From NCBI RefSeq assembly GCF_009914755.1, contig NC_060936.1: a stretch of 64,000 bases of DNA; one strand, given 5' to 3'. Positions within the stretch are counted from its first letter, which is position 1. Every line of letters begins with the position of its first letter. The notes beneath the pieces were generated by a model, which worked only from the letters and a program-made list of their open reading frames with translations, was not told where the DNA came from and searched no databases. Positions 25,003 to 43,611 of this stretch are shown piece after piece. A program made the position numbers and the translations under genes. This stretch comes from the human T2T-CHM13v2.0 reference genome, Homo sapiens.

Positions 25003-25621
25003 TTTTACATTATACAGACCAATGGTATAACTATTCCTCTAAGTACCTAAGTTTTAAGCCCTCAGCCATACTGCAATACTTGCTTCTATTTTGGTTCCTT
25101 GTTCCTTCCTCCTGACAAATGTGAAAATTCATGAGCCCCATGGGTCAAGTCTTCTGCCAAGTAAGTTGCAGGTGCCCAATAAATCACAGCAAAAAGGAAA
25201 CTGAGCTCCAAAGGTCATTTAGGCCAACTCCATCAGGGATTGGGCAATGTAGGAAAGAGGGTGGTAAATATAATTTCTTACCAGTTTGGGTTAAAAAAGA
25301 TTAGTTTTTTTTTTTCAAATGTTACTTATTATTTGATGGGATTGAGAAATACAACCTCATCATAGGTATAGATATACTTAGCCAAAGTCCTGGTCATCTC
25401 AGTTTCTGCTATGTGATTCCTAAACACCATAGTCAAGCAGAAAGTATAATTCTTTGCTCTTTCTTCTCTCACACTCTCTTTTTCTGGGCGGGGGCGGGGG
25501 GGAGGGGGGCAGGGGGCAGAGTCTTACTTCATCACCCAGACTGGAGTATAGTGGCATGATATTGGCTAACTGCAACCTCTGCCTCCCAGGTTCAAGTGAT
25601 TCTCGTACTTCGGCCTCCTGA

Positions 25622-25822
<201 letters not shown>

Positions 25823-25844
25823 TGACTTTTTTCAATAAGGCTAT

Positions 25845-26205
25845 TGTATCAGCCTGTTCTCTCGCTGCTAATAACGACATACCCAAGACTGGGTAATTTA
25901 TAAAGGAAAGAGGTTTTATGGACTCACAGTTCCACATGGCTGGGGAGGTCTCACAATCATGGCGGGAGGCAAAGGAGAAGCAGAGTCACATCTTACATGG
26001 CAGTAGGCAAGAAGAGCATGTGCAGGGGAACTCCCCTTTATAAAACCATCAGATCTAGTGAGATTTATTCACTATCAATGAGAGCAGCATGGGAAAAACC
26101 TGCCCCTCATGATTCAATTACTTCCCATTAGGTCCCTCCCACAATACATGGGGATTATTACAATTCAAGGTGAGATTTAGGAGAGGATACAGCCAAAGTA
26201 TATCA
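25845..26205 (-). mobile_element. THE1 (THE1C-like) MaLR solo LTR
   Basis: TG...CA termini; gctgctaataacgacatacccaagactgggtaatttataaaggaaagagg; perfect 5-bp TSD gctat (25840-25844 / 26206-26210). Confidence 0.9.
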
Positions 26206-26708
26206 GCTATAAACTATAAACTATCAGTCCTGAGAAGACTGTTGTCAATTAATGCCTTGTATAACTGGATTGCTCAGGAGAAGGGAGAGTAAGGCAGTGA
26301 AAGGGAAGGGGCAATAGGTTTGAGGAAGACATTATTGGTTTCTTAACCCAACCCCCATTTTTCAACCATTTTCTCTTGCTTGCCTCACTATAAAGGCTGA
26401 AAAGCAGGATATTCCTTTTTCCTATGCAGCTGGTATTAAACCTGTCACACAGTTCAGGCCAATAAGACAATGAAATCCACCGTGGTGGGGGTGGAGGATG
26501 GCACTTCTGATGTAAGGCTTTTGTCTCCTTATAAAAGGGAAAGCCAGAACAAGAGAGTTCCTGATGCTACCTGCCCCTTATTTCTTTCCCATCCTCTGAT
26601 AGTGAGGCAACAGGAATGAGGATTAAAAGGTAAAAGCTAAAAATGGTACAGCAGAGAGAAAGAACCTAGGTCCTTGATAAACTTGCTTAGCTGCTGAAAC
26701 AGTCCTAA

Positions 26709-26968
<260 letters not shown>

Positions 26969-29329
26969 TAGTCTCGAACTCCTGACCTTGTGATCCGCCC
27001 GCCTCTGCCTCCCTAAGTGCTGGGATTACAGGCGTGAGCCATTGCGCCCAGCCTGTGTTCACACAGTTTTAAGCTACTGTTAGGTATTTGCATCTGAAAC
27101 CATTCCTAACCAATATACGATTTTCAATATGTATAGATTCTACTTCATTTTCTATCTAAGGAACTTAGAAATGGAATATGCAAGAAATTATTTTATTCTA
27201 CATCTTCATGAATATTTATCAGTTGTATCCTAATGCTGAATTCTGTTTTCTTTTTCACATAATATACCAAATAAATTCCATCTCATCACCACCTATTGCC
27301 TCAAGCTTCCTTAGAAACAATGGCTATACACTGGGCTTTTAGGAAGAACAAGATGGTAAGAGAGTGGCACCTTACAATGCTGCTTTGGAAACTGGGGCAG
27401 TTAAAGATCACTCCTCACTAAAGAATGGAGTTTTAGACTGGAGCAGCATGTTTTCTTATTTCTCGCTGCCCCTCTTCCTCAATACCCAGTGTTTGGCTTT
27501 TTATCAAACTCCAGGGCACTCTTGGGAACTACGCTTAAGAATTAACAAGGATAGATCCATTATCTTTCCTTAGATGGCAGCTACTTACTTGGATGGGTTA
27601 AATGCTCAACAAACTTTAAAGGACCAGTGCCTAGGAGGCAGAGAAATCCCAGCAGCAATTCAGCCAGGCCTGGTCCTATGTCAGTTACATGGCTAATTGC
27701 TTTCTCCACAGCTCTTGCCTAATGGTAGACCTTTTAGTATTCTCCTATCCAGATGTAGCCACTTAGCTGGGGTACCATTAAAGTCCCCAAAGGGATAACT
27801 GTAGTTCTTAACAAAGCAAGAAAAGGTTATTTTAAAATCAAAATAATTATCACACAGCCCTATTAAGTTCTTGTTGACATTATACATTTCTATTTTTCAA
27901 TCTCATCTCTCTCCCCAAATTCTTATTAGGATGTTATGAGGTACAAAATCCTTGAAAAACGTATCAAATACTTTTATCTTCTAATTTGCTACACATTAAG
28001 TGTTACAATTTCTGGATCTCACAAATGGGTGGGAAGGACAAAGTTACAGAGTGAAAAGTATGAACCTACTACATTGTGGTTTGGCTTGAGCTGCTGAAAA
28101 TTTCACTGTGGAAAAACTATACTGTAAATACTTCCTGATAATACAGGAGTTTTAAAATTTTGAATGCTTACAATGCATTCAGAGTAGAGCACATACAAGT
28201 CAGTACTGAGACCACAATAACAAAAACCCTGCCCTGATCTTTAAGGCCTTATGCAGTTTAGTACTGTAACAGTCAAGCCAAAAGAAAATATATAACTGGA
28301 AGGTGAGGAGGGGGAGAGAACCAATGAGCGTGCTCACATGCACTCGTCTCTAAAACCGTCTCTAAACTTGGTTCAAGTTTACAAGGAGATTACGCACACA
28401 CACTCTCTCTCTCTCTTTCTCTCTCTCTCCTTCCCTCACTTTAAAATAATACCAAAATACAGTATTAAGCTTTTGTTTTAAACAAGCTATCAAAGCTTAC
28501 AGGCCCAGGGACTCGGAAACCACAGAAGAGGTTGCAGCCTGGTAAAGAAATAGGCAACGATAAAGGCTCAAATAGTTTGGCAGGTCTTCTATATAAACCA
28601 TAAACTGGTCAAGTGCTCTAATTCTGCCCTGCTATCTTAATTTAATGCAGCAAAAAATTCTTACCATAATTTGTTGACATATTCATCTGATTATCTTTGT
28701 GTCTAACCAGGAAAGCTCTGATAAGCTATCTTTAGTTTTACAAAGTCAGGCAAATGGAAAACTTCAATTTTGGATGTTTACTTTCTAACCATAAGTGATA
28801 TTTTTTAGAATGCTGGCCACAGACTAGATGTCTACACTCAAAGAAGGCAGGCAGGCAGGTAGGGGCAAAGAATGAAATTGCAGCTAAGCACTGTGGCTCA
28901 TGCTGGTAATCCCAGCTACTTGGGAGGCTGAGGCAGGAGGATCACCTGAGGAATTTGAGACAAGCCTGGGCAATATATATTGAAATCCTGTCTCTTAAAA
29001 AATTTAAAGAGTAGCCAGGCATGGTGGCACATGCCTGTAGTCCCAGCTACTTGGGAGGCTGAGAAAGAGAGAGAGAGAAAGGAGGTTCCCTTGAGCCCAG
29101 GTGTTTGAAGCTGCAGTAAGCTATGATTGTACCACTGCACTCCGGCCTGGGCGACAGAGGAGGGCTCCATGTCTCTTAAAAAAAATAAAAAATAAAAAAG
29201 GAATCTACACTGCCTATCAGTAACACTTATCCACATACTTCTAGACAGTCATAGTGATCCAACACAGAAGAACAGCAGCAGCTGGGGAAATTGTCTTGTT
29301 CCTGTCTCATCTCCTGCTGCTCTCCATCA

Positions 29330-29672
29330 CAGTACTAAACTACTTGCATTTTTTCTAAACACATCATGCTGTTTCATTCTCTTGCATCTGCTATTCTCTT
29401 ATATGTGGAATGTTCTTCTCTACTTTCTCTGGGAAACTTCTATTTACCTTTCAAAACCTGTTAAAGCATCATTTCCTCCAGGAAGCCTTCTCTGATGTTT
29501 ACCAGAATTCTCAGTACTTGCAAATATTTACATTATTATATTTATCATATTAGAATGTAATTACATTTTCATGTGTCTGACTCCCCTATAAGGCAGTGAA
29601 TACTTTCATGTCTTATACATCTCTCTGTCACTAGTACCTAGCATGGTGTTTGGCACATTGTAGATGTTCAAA
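29330..29672 (+). mobile_element. Degenerate L2 3' fragment
   Basis: ggaatgttctt...tcatttcctccaggaagccttctctga...gtacctagcatggtgtttggcacattgtagatgttcaa. Confidence 0.6.
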
Positions 29673-30489
29673 TTTTTTTTTAATTTTTTTTTTTGAGATG
29701 GAGTCTCGCTCTGTCGCCCAGGCTGGAGTGCAGTGGTGCAATCTCAGCTTACTGCAACCTACCTCCGCCTCCCTCGTTCAAAGGATTCTCCTGCCTCAGC
29801 CTCCTCAGTAGCTAGGACCACAAGCATGTGCCACCATGCCCGGCTAACTTTTGTATTTTTGGTAGAGACGGGGTTTCACCATATTGGCCAGGCTGGTCTG
29901 GAACTCCTGACCTTGTGATCTGCCTGCCTTGGCCTCCCAAAGTGCAGGGATTACAGGTGTGAGCCACCGCGCCTGGCCATTCAAATATTTTTTATTGAGC
30001 TGAACCCACAGAGGCTTATGAAGGTCTGATTGAATTGAGAAAATTATTCATGGACTGATTTCTGGAAACCTGACCTCAGGCTTCCTCAAGGTTAGAGATA
30101 CCAGGCAGATACATAAAGAATAAAATCAAATGCCTTGATCTTATTTTTACAAAGGATTTGTGTGCACTAAGTCTCTCACCAGAGACATTTGGGAAAACCC
30201 ATGTTCAATTTTTGATTACGGTCTAAAATGATAACAAATTGTTCCAATTATATAGAACCTGCCACTCCATTATATCATAATGTAGACAAACCAGGAAGTG
30301 CTAATGGGATCCTATTAACCTTCATATCACATTACAACAGCCTAGGGGAAGAGAGGAGAGAAAGGAAAATACAAAGGCCATTAAAAATACTGATGGGTGT
30401 CAGGCAGGGGCTAAGAGGTTGGAACTTCCAGTCCTCACCTCTAGGTAACAACTCACTACAGTATAGCAAATGCAGATTTCAACCATAGT

Positions 30490-30730
30490 ATAGTAGGCCG
30501 GTAATGCCTCCAGTATAGACCTGTCCTGCCAAAATACAACATACCAGGTGGCTTAAACAGAACTTTATTATCTCTCAGTTCTGGAGGCCAGAGGTGTTAC
30601 CAGGGTTGGTTTCTTCTGAAGGATGTCAGCAAGAATGTGTTTCATGTCTCTCCTAGCTTCTGGCTTGCTGGCAGTCTTTGGCATTCCTTGACTTGTGGCA
30701 GCATAAATCCAACCTTCACATAGTGTTCTC

Positions 30731-30774
<44 letters not shown>

Positions 30775-31368
30775 CCAATTTCCTCTTTTTATAGGACACC
30801 AGTCATATTGGAGTAGGGGCCCACCTTACTTCAGTATGACCTCATATTAACTAATGCCATCTGCAATGACCCTGTTTCCAAATAAGGTCACATTTTAAGG
30901 TACCTGGGGTTAAGACTTCACCATAAAAATTCAATTCAATCCATAACAGCTCACAAAGATATATCAATGTTCTAATTCTTAGAAGCTGTGAATGTTACCT
31001 TATATGGTGATTAAATTAAGGGCTTTGAGATGAGGGGATTATCCAGATGGGCCCTCAATGCTATCACAAGCGTCCTTCTAAGACAGCAGCAAAGGGAGAT
31101 TAGAAACACACAGAGAGGAGAGGGCAATGTGAAGAAAGACATAGAGATTGAAGTGATGTAACCACAAGCCAAGAAATGCCGGCAGCAACTAGAAGCTGGA
31201 AGAGGCAAGGAAAGGATTCTCCTGGAGAGCCTTCTCAGGAGGATACGGTCCTCTTTAATATCTTGGTGGGCTTTTGGTCTCCCAAACTGTGAGATAATAA
31301 ATTTCTTTTCTTTCAAGCCACCTAGTTTGTGGTAATTTGTTATAACGCCTACAGGAAACTAATATACA
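30490..31368. mobile_element. Two MLT1 MaLR LTRs: a minus-strand MLT1B-like (about 30515-30948) abutting or nested in a plus-strand MLT1C/D-like (to 31368)
   Basis: ggtggcttaaacag...cagttctggaggccaga...ttccaaataaggtcacatt...caatccataaca, then tgtgaatgttaccttatatgg...caagccaagaaatgcc...agaagctggaagaggcaaggaa...ggaaactaatataca. Confidence 0.78.
30733..30770. repeat. (TG)n microsatellite
   Basis: gtgtgcgtgtgtgtgt..., about 19 units, inside the MLT1 LTR. Confidence 0.95.
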
Positions 31369-31841
31369 TATTATCTTTTCATAATTTAAACATAATTATC
31401 TCCATTCTAAGAGCAGCAGAGGAGCAGGCAGATAACAGACAATAGGTGACAAACTCCAAGCAATTATACCCATAACCACAAACCACTGTAACCAGCATTT
31501 TTTTAAAAGGGAAAGCCAGGCACAGTGGTGTGCACCTGTAGTCCCAGCTACTCAGAAGACTGAGAAGGGAGGATCATTTGAGCCCACAAGTTTGAGTCCA
31601 GCCTGGGCAACACAGTGAGACTCCATCTCTTTTAAAAAAAAAAAAAAGGGAGCAGGGAGACAAATCCGCACTGAAATATCACCACCACAACAAAAGAAAC
31701 TACAGAGTACATCACACTAGATAAGGGTGAATACTATTACATGGCTCTCTAATTTCTATTATATAAAAAATGTGTTTTGGTTGGGCACGGTGGCTCACGC
31801 CTGTAATCCCAGCACTTTGGGAGGCTGAGGCAGCCAGATCA

Positions 31842-32171
<330 letters not shown>

Positions 32172-32574
32172 TTAGAATAACAGTTGTCACTCTATCCTAA
32201 CAACAAATAAAAAGCTGAACTGAAAAATCTTAACAACTCTTCATAGATCTATCAGAGAAGTGAGTTCACAGGGCAAACTGCTGTTCCCCAAATTGGCAGA
32301 TATAGAGAATCACAACCTAAAGGAGCAGAAACCCATGAGCTGAAACCTGCATGACAATCAAGTGCCAGGGGAGGAAAACCTGAACTATAATTGATGAAGC
32401 TAGAGGCCAAGTGTGGACAAGTCTGAGAGTTAAAAATGCCAGGGAGACCCAGTCACAGAGGAGCCCCCACACCGTTGTGAGATTTACCTCCAGGTTCTCC
32501 CAGCTCTACTAGGTTCTTACGGTGAATATCAGGGGAAATTTCTTGTGCTTTTGGCGGGGGGAAAGGGAAAAGTA

Positions 32575-33681
<1,107 letters not shown>

Positions 33682-34248
33682 GAACCATTTTGAAATACCC
33701 CAGAGCATTCTGTTCTTCTTTACAAGGCCTGCCCTCAGGAGAAAATACTTTACCAGAGCCTAACCTGCTGCGGTTTTATCATAGACTAACTAACCTGGGA
33801 GAAGGGTAATACCCAATTCTACCCCCGTCTAGCCATCCTGTCCCATCCAAGTGGGGAAAAGAAAACAAAACTGAGAAGCACTGGTGAAGTTTATAGTCCA
33901 GGGCATAGGCTCACCAAAATATTGAGACCTAATCATACGACAGTAGAACACTTCCAGTTCCCCTCCCTGTCATACCTCATCACAACTTTACTAGGGACGT
34001 ATTTACCAATTCCTTTTACCCAGTATATCATGTCCACCTTTCAACAGAAAATTGTAAGTCATATTAAAAGGCAAAAATACACTCTGAAGAAACTGAATAA
34101 GCACCAGAACCAGTGAGATATGACAGAACTGTCAGAATTAACAGTCCAGGAATTCCAAAACACTATGATTAACACAACAACATGTAAGAACAGATGGATA
34201 ATATAAGAAGAGAGATGAAAATTCTAAGAAAGAATAAAAAAGAGAAAC

Positions 34249-34394
34249 TTTTAGGCTCCTGAACACATGGAGGTGCAGGAGTGTGACAGGCCCAGGAAGG
34301 GCATGGAAGCATTGCACCCCTTCCCACCAATGCATCTCCTTATCTGGTTTTCATCCGTATCCTTCATAATATCCTTTATAATAAACTGGTAAAC
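34249..34394 (+). mobile_element. MER21-family LTR fragment forming the 5' end of the retrocopy
   Basis: ctgaacacatggaggt...gggcatggaagc...tgcatctc...atcctttataataaactggtaaac matches the recalled MER21 consensus. Confidence 0.7.
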
Positions 34395-34908
34395 ATCAGC
34401 TTTCCACAGGCTTTCTTTCTCCATGGTGAGCAGGACAATGTCCTAGGACCCCAGAGAGCCAGGAGAGAGCAAGATCAAAGCCAGAAATCCAACTCTGTCC
34501 CTACTGCCCACTGGTCTTTTCCAGTCAACACTTCCTCAGCAAATACATGCCACATAGCCGTGCTGCTCAGAGGTCTCCTGGCTTATATGCAGAAAAGGCC
34601 CTGTGGCCCAGGATCACAGTAGCAACAATATTCTCATCAAAGCAGCCAGAGTGATACAGCAGAAGGTCAAGAGACAGAAAAAAGCACTAAATCCTGGTTT
34701 ATAAGAGACAGGCAGACTTCAAGGGTTGTCTCCTAAGACAATAAGTAAGCTCAAGGGGAAGCTTATAACCAGTAAGCTTCAGTGGTGAAAAAAGAGCCTA
34801 GCCAGGCCCAAATGGGAAATCCTAAAGAAATAGACATATATTAAAAGAAATAGTAAATTCAAGATGGGGAGCATTCAAGTGTGCAGAGGGTGAGCAAGAC
34901 TTTAGTCA

Positions 34909-35590
<682 letters not shown>

Positions 35591-36345
35591 TCATACACAA
35601 AAAAGCACACTCCAAGCATTAGTTTTTCATATGCAGGGAGTGATGAGTCAGCATTACTCTTGCACCAGAATATACATGCAGGAGGGAAGTCCTATGTGTG
35701 CAATAAGTGAGGGCGGGGCTTTAGAAATAAGTCACACTTCACATACCAGAGGACACACTCAGGGAAGAAGGCTTTCTTGTGAAAGGAGTGTGGGTAAGAC
35801 TTCTTATAGAAGGCAATTCTCACTGCATATCAGAAAACCCACTCAGGGAAGAAGTCTTTTGTATGCAAGGAGTGTAGGTAAGACTTTACCCAAAAGTCAA
35901 CTGTGCATGAGAGAACACACTTGGCAGAGAAGCCTTATAGATGCCAGGAGTTGTGGACAAAGGATTAGGTATAAATCATCCTATGATAAACACTGGAAGG
36001 CACACTCAGGGGAGAAGGCTTTGTTGTGCAGGGAGTATGGGCAAGACTTCAGCTTGAAGACATCTCTTACCAGACACCAGAGGACACACCCAGGGAAGTA
36101 ACTCTGCTTCTTTAAAAAGCTGTAGCCAAGACTGTGCAACTTGTTTATGGATATATCACGAAGGCAGAAGGGATCCAGAGGGCTAAAAGAACCTGAACTT
36201 GGCCCAAGTTATTCCCAGAGATTCTGAGAAAAGAGGCACTGAGAGCCTCACCAACCTCCTTAGACGGCACAGCAGTCTAGGACCCCTCCACCAAACCTTC
36301 CCTCCCTCTGTTCTTCCCTCTGGCAGCTCTCCCAACCTTCCTTAG

Positions 36346-36695
36346 TGCTATGGTTTGAACAATGTTGTCCCTTGCAAAATTCATGTTGAAACCTAATCAC
36401 CAATGTAACATTATTAAGAGAATGTTTAGGATGTGGTTAAGTCATGAGGATGGAGCCTTCATGAATGGCATTAGGTACCCTTATAAAAGGATTTGGCAAA
36501 AGATTTGGCATCACTTTACCCTGTCCTCCAACTGCCATGTGAGGACACAGAGCTCCTCTCCTCTGGAGGATGCTATGTCAAGATACCATGTTGGAAGCAG
36601 AGAGCAGCCCTTGTGAGATAACCAAATCTGCTGGCACCTTGATCTTGAACTTCCTAGCTTCCACAACTGTGAGAAAATAAATTTCTGTTCTTTAT
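36346..36695 (+). mobile_element. MaLR LTR (MSTD/MLT1A-like), cut off just after its poly(A) signal
   Basis: Begins tgctatggtttgaa...aaattcatgttgaaacctaatc and contains ctgctggcaccttgatcttgaacttc...aactgtgagaaaataaatttctgttctttata. The usual last ~45 nt of the LTR are replaced by an A-rich tail. Confidence 0.82.
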
Positions 36696-36840
36696 AAAAC
36701 AAACAAACAAACAAACAAACAAGAAACGCTACAGATAAAAAACACTGTAACAGAAATGAAGAATCCCGACCAGGCACGGTGGCTCATGACTGTAACCCCG
36801 GCATTTTGGGAGGCTGAGGTGGGTGAATCACTTGAGGTCA

Positions 36841-37077
<237 letters not shown>

Positions 37078-38796
37078 CTATGATGGGCTCAGTAGTAGAC
37101 TGGACATAGCTGAGCAAAGAATCTTTGAACTTGAGCTGGGCATGGTTGCATGTGTCTGTAGTTCCGGCTACTTGGGAGGCTGAAATTGGAGGATGACTTG
37201 AGCCCACGAGTTTGAGACCAGCCTAGGCAACATAGTGACATAGTAAGACACTGTCTCTAAAAACAAAGAATCTCTGAACTTGAGGATATGACAATAGAAA
37301 CTTCCAAAACTGGAAAGCTAAGAAAAGAAGAACTAAAAAAAAAATAACAACAACAAAATATCCAAGAACTGTGGGACAAATACAAAAGGTATAATATGTG
37401 CATAATAGGAGAAAGAAAGAAACACACACGGCCGGGCGCGGTGGCTCATTCCTGTAATCCCAGCATTTTGGGAGGCCGAGGCGGGTGGATCACGAGGTCA
37501 GGAGATCGAGACCATCTTGGCTAACACAGTGAAACCTCGTCTCTACTAAAAATAGAAAAAATTAGCTGGGCGCAGTGGCGGGCGCCTGTAATCCCAGCTA
37601 CTCGGGAGGCTGAGGCAGAAGAATGGCGTGAACCCGGGAGGCGGAGCTTGCAGTGAGCCGAGATAGCGCCACTGCAGTCCGGCCTGGGAGAAAGAGCGAG
37701 ACTCCGTCTCTGAAAAAAAAAAAAAAGAAAGAAAGAAAGAAAGAAAGAAACACACACAATATTTGGTATTGCTAAACAATAACTAAAGCGATAACTAAAA
37801 ATGTCCCCCCAAATCAATGTCAGACACCACACCATAAGAACAATAAGCAGGCTAAATGACAAACAAACAAACAAACAAAAAACTACACCTAGATATATCA
37901 TATCCAAACTTCAGAAAATCAAAGAGAAAGAGAAACATCTTGAAAGAAGGCAGAGGGAAAATCACCTTACCTACAGAGGAGCAAAAACAAGAATTACATC
38001 TAACCTCTCAGAAACCATGCAAGCAGAGAGTACAGTCAAAGAGAGAAAACCCTATCAGCCTAGAATTCTGTATCCTGCACAATTCTTCAGAAGAAAGGCC
38101 ACATGTGGTGTGGCTCACGTCTATAATCCCAGCACGGCAGATGGATTGCTTGTGTCCAGGAGTTTGAGACTAGCCTGGGCAACACAGTGAGATCTCATCT
38201 CAATGAAAAATAAACAAAATTAGCCAAGTGTCCTGGCGTGTACCTATAGTCCTAGCTATTTGGGAGGCTGAGGTGGGAGGATCGCTTAAGCCCAGGAGGT
38301 TGAGGTGAGCTGAGATCACACCACTGCACTCTAGCCTGGGCAACACAGTGAGATCTTCTCTCAAAAAAAAAAAAAAAAAAGTGAAGGAAAAATAAAGACT
38401 TTCTCAAGCAAACCAAAATACGGAGAAATTGTTGCCCACAGACTTGCCTTGCCAGAAATCTTAAAAGAAGTTCTTTAGAGAGAAGGAAAATGAGCTAGGC
38501 ACGGTGGCTCATGCCTGTAATCCCAACACTCTGGGAGGCTGAGGCGGGAGGACTGCTTTAGCCCGGGAGTTTGAGATCAGCCTGGGCAATATCAGCAGAC
38601 CCTATTTCTAACAAAAATAAAAATAAATTAGCTGGGCATGGTGGTGCTTATCTGCTGTTCCAGCTACTCCAGTGGCTGAGATGGGAGGATTGCTGGAGCC
38701 AGGGATGTTGAGGCTGTAGTGAGCTACAACCTTGCCACTGCACCCCAGCCTACGTGACACAGTGAGATGCTGTCTCAAAAAAAAAAAAAAAAAAAA

Positions 38797-40272
<1,476 letters not shown>

Positions 40273-40725
40273 GAGACAATGTCAGAGTCAATCAAAAAAC
40301 AAGACCTAACTGTATGTTGTATATGAGAAAACCCCTTTAATACAAATAAACATATAGATTAAAAGTAAAAAGATAGGCCGGGTGCGGTGGCTCACGCCTG
40401 TAATCCCAGCACTTTGGGAGGCCAAGGCGGGTAGATCACAAGGTCAGGAGATCGAGACCATCCTGGCTAACACAGTGAAACCCCATCTCTACTAAAAATA
40501 CAAAAAATTAGCTGGGCGTGGTGGCGGGTGCCTGTAGTCCCAGCTACTCAGAAGGCTGAGGCAGGAGAATGGTGTGAACCCGGGAGGTGGAGCTTGCAGT
40601 GAGCGGAGATCACGCCACTGAACTCTAGCCTGGGTGACAGAGCGAGACTCCATCTCAAAAAAAAAAAAAAAAAAAAAGTAAAAAGATAAAGATATACCCT
40701 AATCCAAAAAAGGTGAGAATAGCTA

Positions 40726-40995
<270 letters not shown>

Positions 40996-40998
40996 TCA

Positions 40999-41235
<237 letters not shown>

Positions 41236-42150
41236 TTAACAGTTGGAGACTTTAACACCCCTCTATCAGAAATGGACGTATCCAGCAGGCAGAAAATCAG
41301 TAAGGACACAGTTGAACTCAACAGCACCATCAATCAACTGGACATAATTAACATCTATAGATTAATTCATCCAACAACAGATTATACATTCTTCTTAGCT
41401 CACATGGAACATTTACCAAGACTGACCACATTCTGGGCCATATAACACACCTTAACAAGTTTAAAAGAAATCACACAATGTCTGCCCTCAAACTGCAATG
41501 GAATTAAAGTAGAAATCAGTGACAGAAAGATAGCTGGAAAATATGAAAGGACTTAGATTAAATAACATACTTCTAAATAATACATGAAGCAAAAAAGAAA
41601 TCTCCAGAGAAATTAAAAAGTATTTTGAACTACATGAAAATGCAACTTATAAAAATTTGTAGGATGCAGCAGAAACAGTGATTAGTGGGAAACTGATAGC
41701 AGTGAATAAACATACTAGAAAAGAAAAAGATCTAAAATCAATAATCTAAGCTTCCACCTTAGAAAACTAGGGGGAAAAAGAGCAAATTAAATCCAAAGCA
41801 AGCAGAAGAAAAGAAATAATAAAAATTAGTGTAGGTCAGGGGTGGTGCCCCATGCCTATAATCCCGGCACTTTGGGAGGCTAAAGCAGGAGGATTGCTTG
41901 AAGCCAGGAGTTTGAGACCAGCCTGGTCAACACTGCAAGACCATGTCTCTATAAAAAATAAAAAAATTAGCCGGGTATGGTGGTGCTCAGGAGGCTGAGG
42001 CGGGAAAATCATTTGAACTGAGGAGTCGGAGGCTATAGTGAGCTAAGATCACATCACTGCACTCTAGCCTGGGCAACAAAGTGACACCCTGTCAAATGAA
42101 TGAATGAACAAAAAAAGAGTGGCCAACATGGTGAAACCCCATCTCTACTA

Positions 42151-42507
<357 letters not shown>

Positions 42508-42547
42508 CTACAGTAGCAAACATAGTGTGGTACTAGAAAAAGAATAG

Positions 42548-42748
<201 letters not shown>

Positions 42749-42760
42749 TAGCCGGGATTA

Positions 42761-42877
<117 letters not shown>

Positions 42878-43151
42878 TCAATTACTATATTTATGTGAAT
42901 AAACAGAGGGTCCAGAAATAGACCCACATAAATATAGTCACTGATCTTTGACAAAGAAGCAAAGGCAATACAATGAAGCAAAGATAATCTTTTCAACAAA
43001 TGGTGCTGGAACAACTGGACATCCACATGCAAAAAAATGAATCTAGACACATGCTTTATAGCCTTCACAAAACTTAAAATGGATCACAGACCTAAATGTA
43101 AAATACAAAACTATAAAATTTCTAGAAGATAATATAGGGGAACACCTACAC

Positions 43152-43611
43152 CAGGGGCCACACAGCAGGGGGTGAGCAGCAGGCAAGTGAGTGAAGCTTC
43201 ATCTGTATTTACAGCCACTCCCCATCACTTGCATTACAGCCAGAACTCTGCCTTCTGTCAGATCAGTCGCAGCATTAGATTCTCAAAGGAGTCCCAACCC
43301 TACTGTGAACTGTGTATGTGAGGGATCTAGGTTGTATGCCCCTTATGAGAATCTAATGCCTGATGATCTGTCACTATCTCCCATCACCCCCAGATGGGAC
43401 CATCTAGTTGCAGGAAAACAAGCTCAGGGCTCCCACTGATTCTACATTATGGTGAGTTGTATAATTATTTCACTATTATATTATAATTTAATAATACTAT
43501 AAATAAAGTACACAATAAATGTAATGTGCTTGAATCCCCCCCACCCCCAGTCCATGAAAAAAATTCTTCCAGGAAACCAGTCCCTGGTGTCAAAAAGGTG
43601 GGGGACCACTG
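43152..43611 (+). mobile_element. MER1A-like hAT-Charlie element nested in L1 ORF2
   Basis: cagggg...gaagcttcatctgtatttacagccactccccatc...caggaaaacaagctcagggctcccactgattctac...ggggaccactg. Confidence 0.82.

Noticed and set aside
37801-38190. 129-aa ORF resembling L1 ORF1p (TPRYII...[10 protein letters not shown]...YQPRILYPA)
   Set aside because: A decayed fragment of the ancient L1 that runs into an Alu; not an intact or domesticated gene on the visible evidence.
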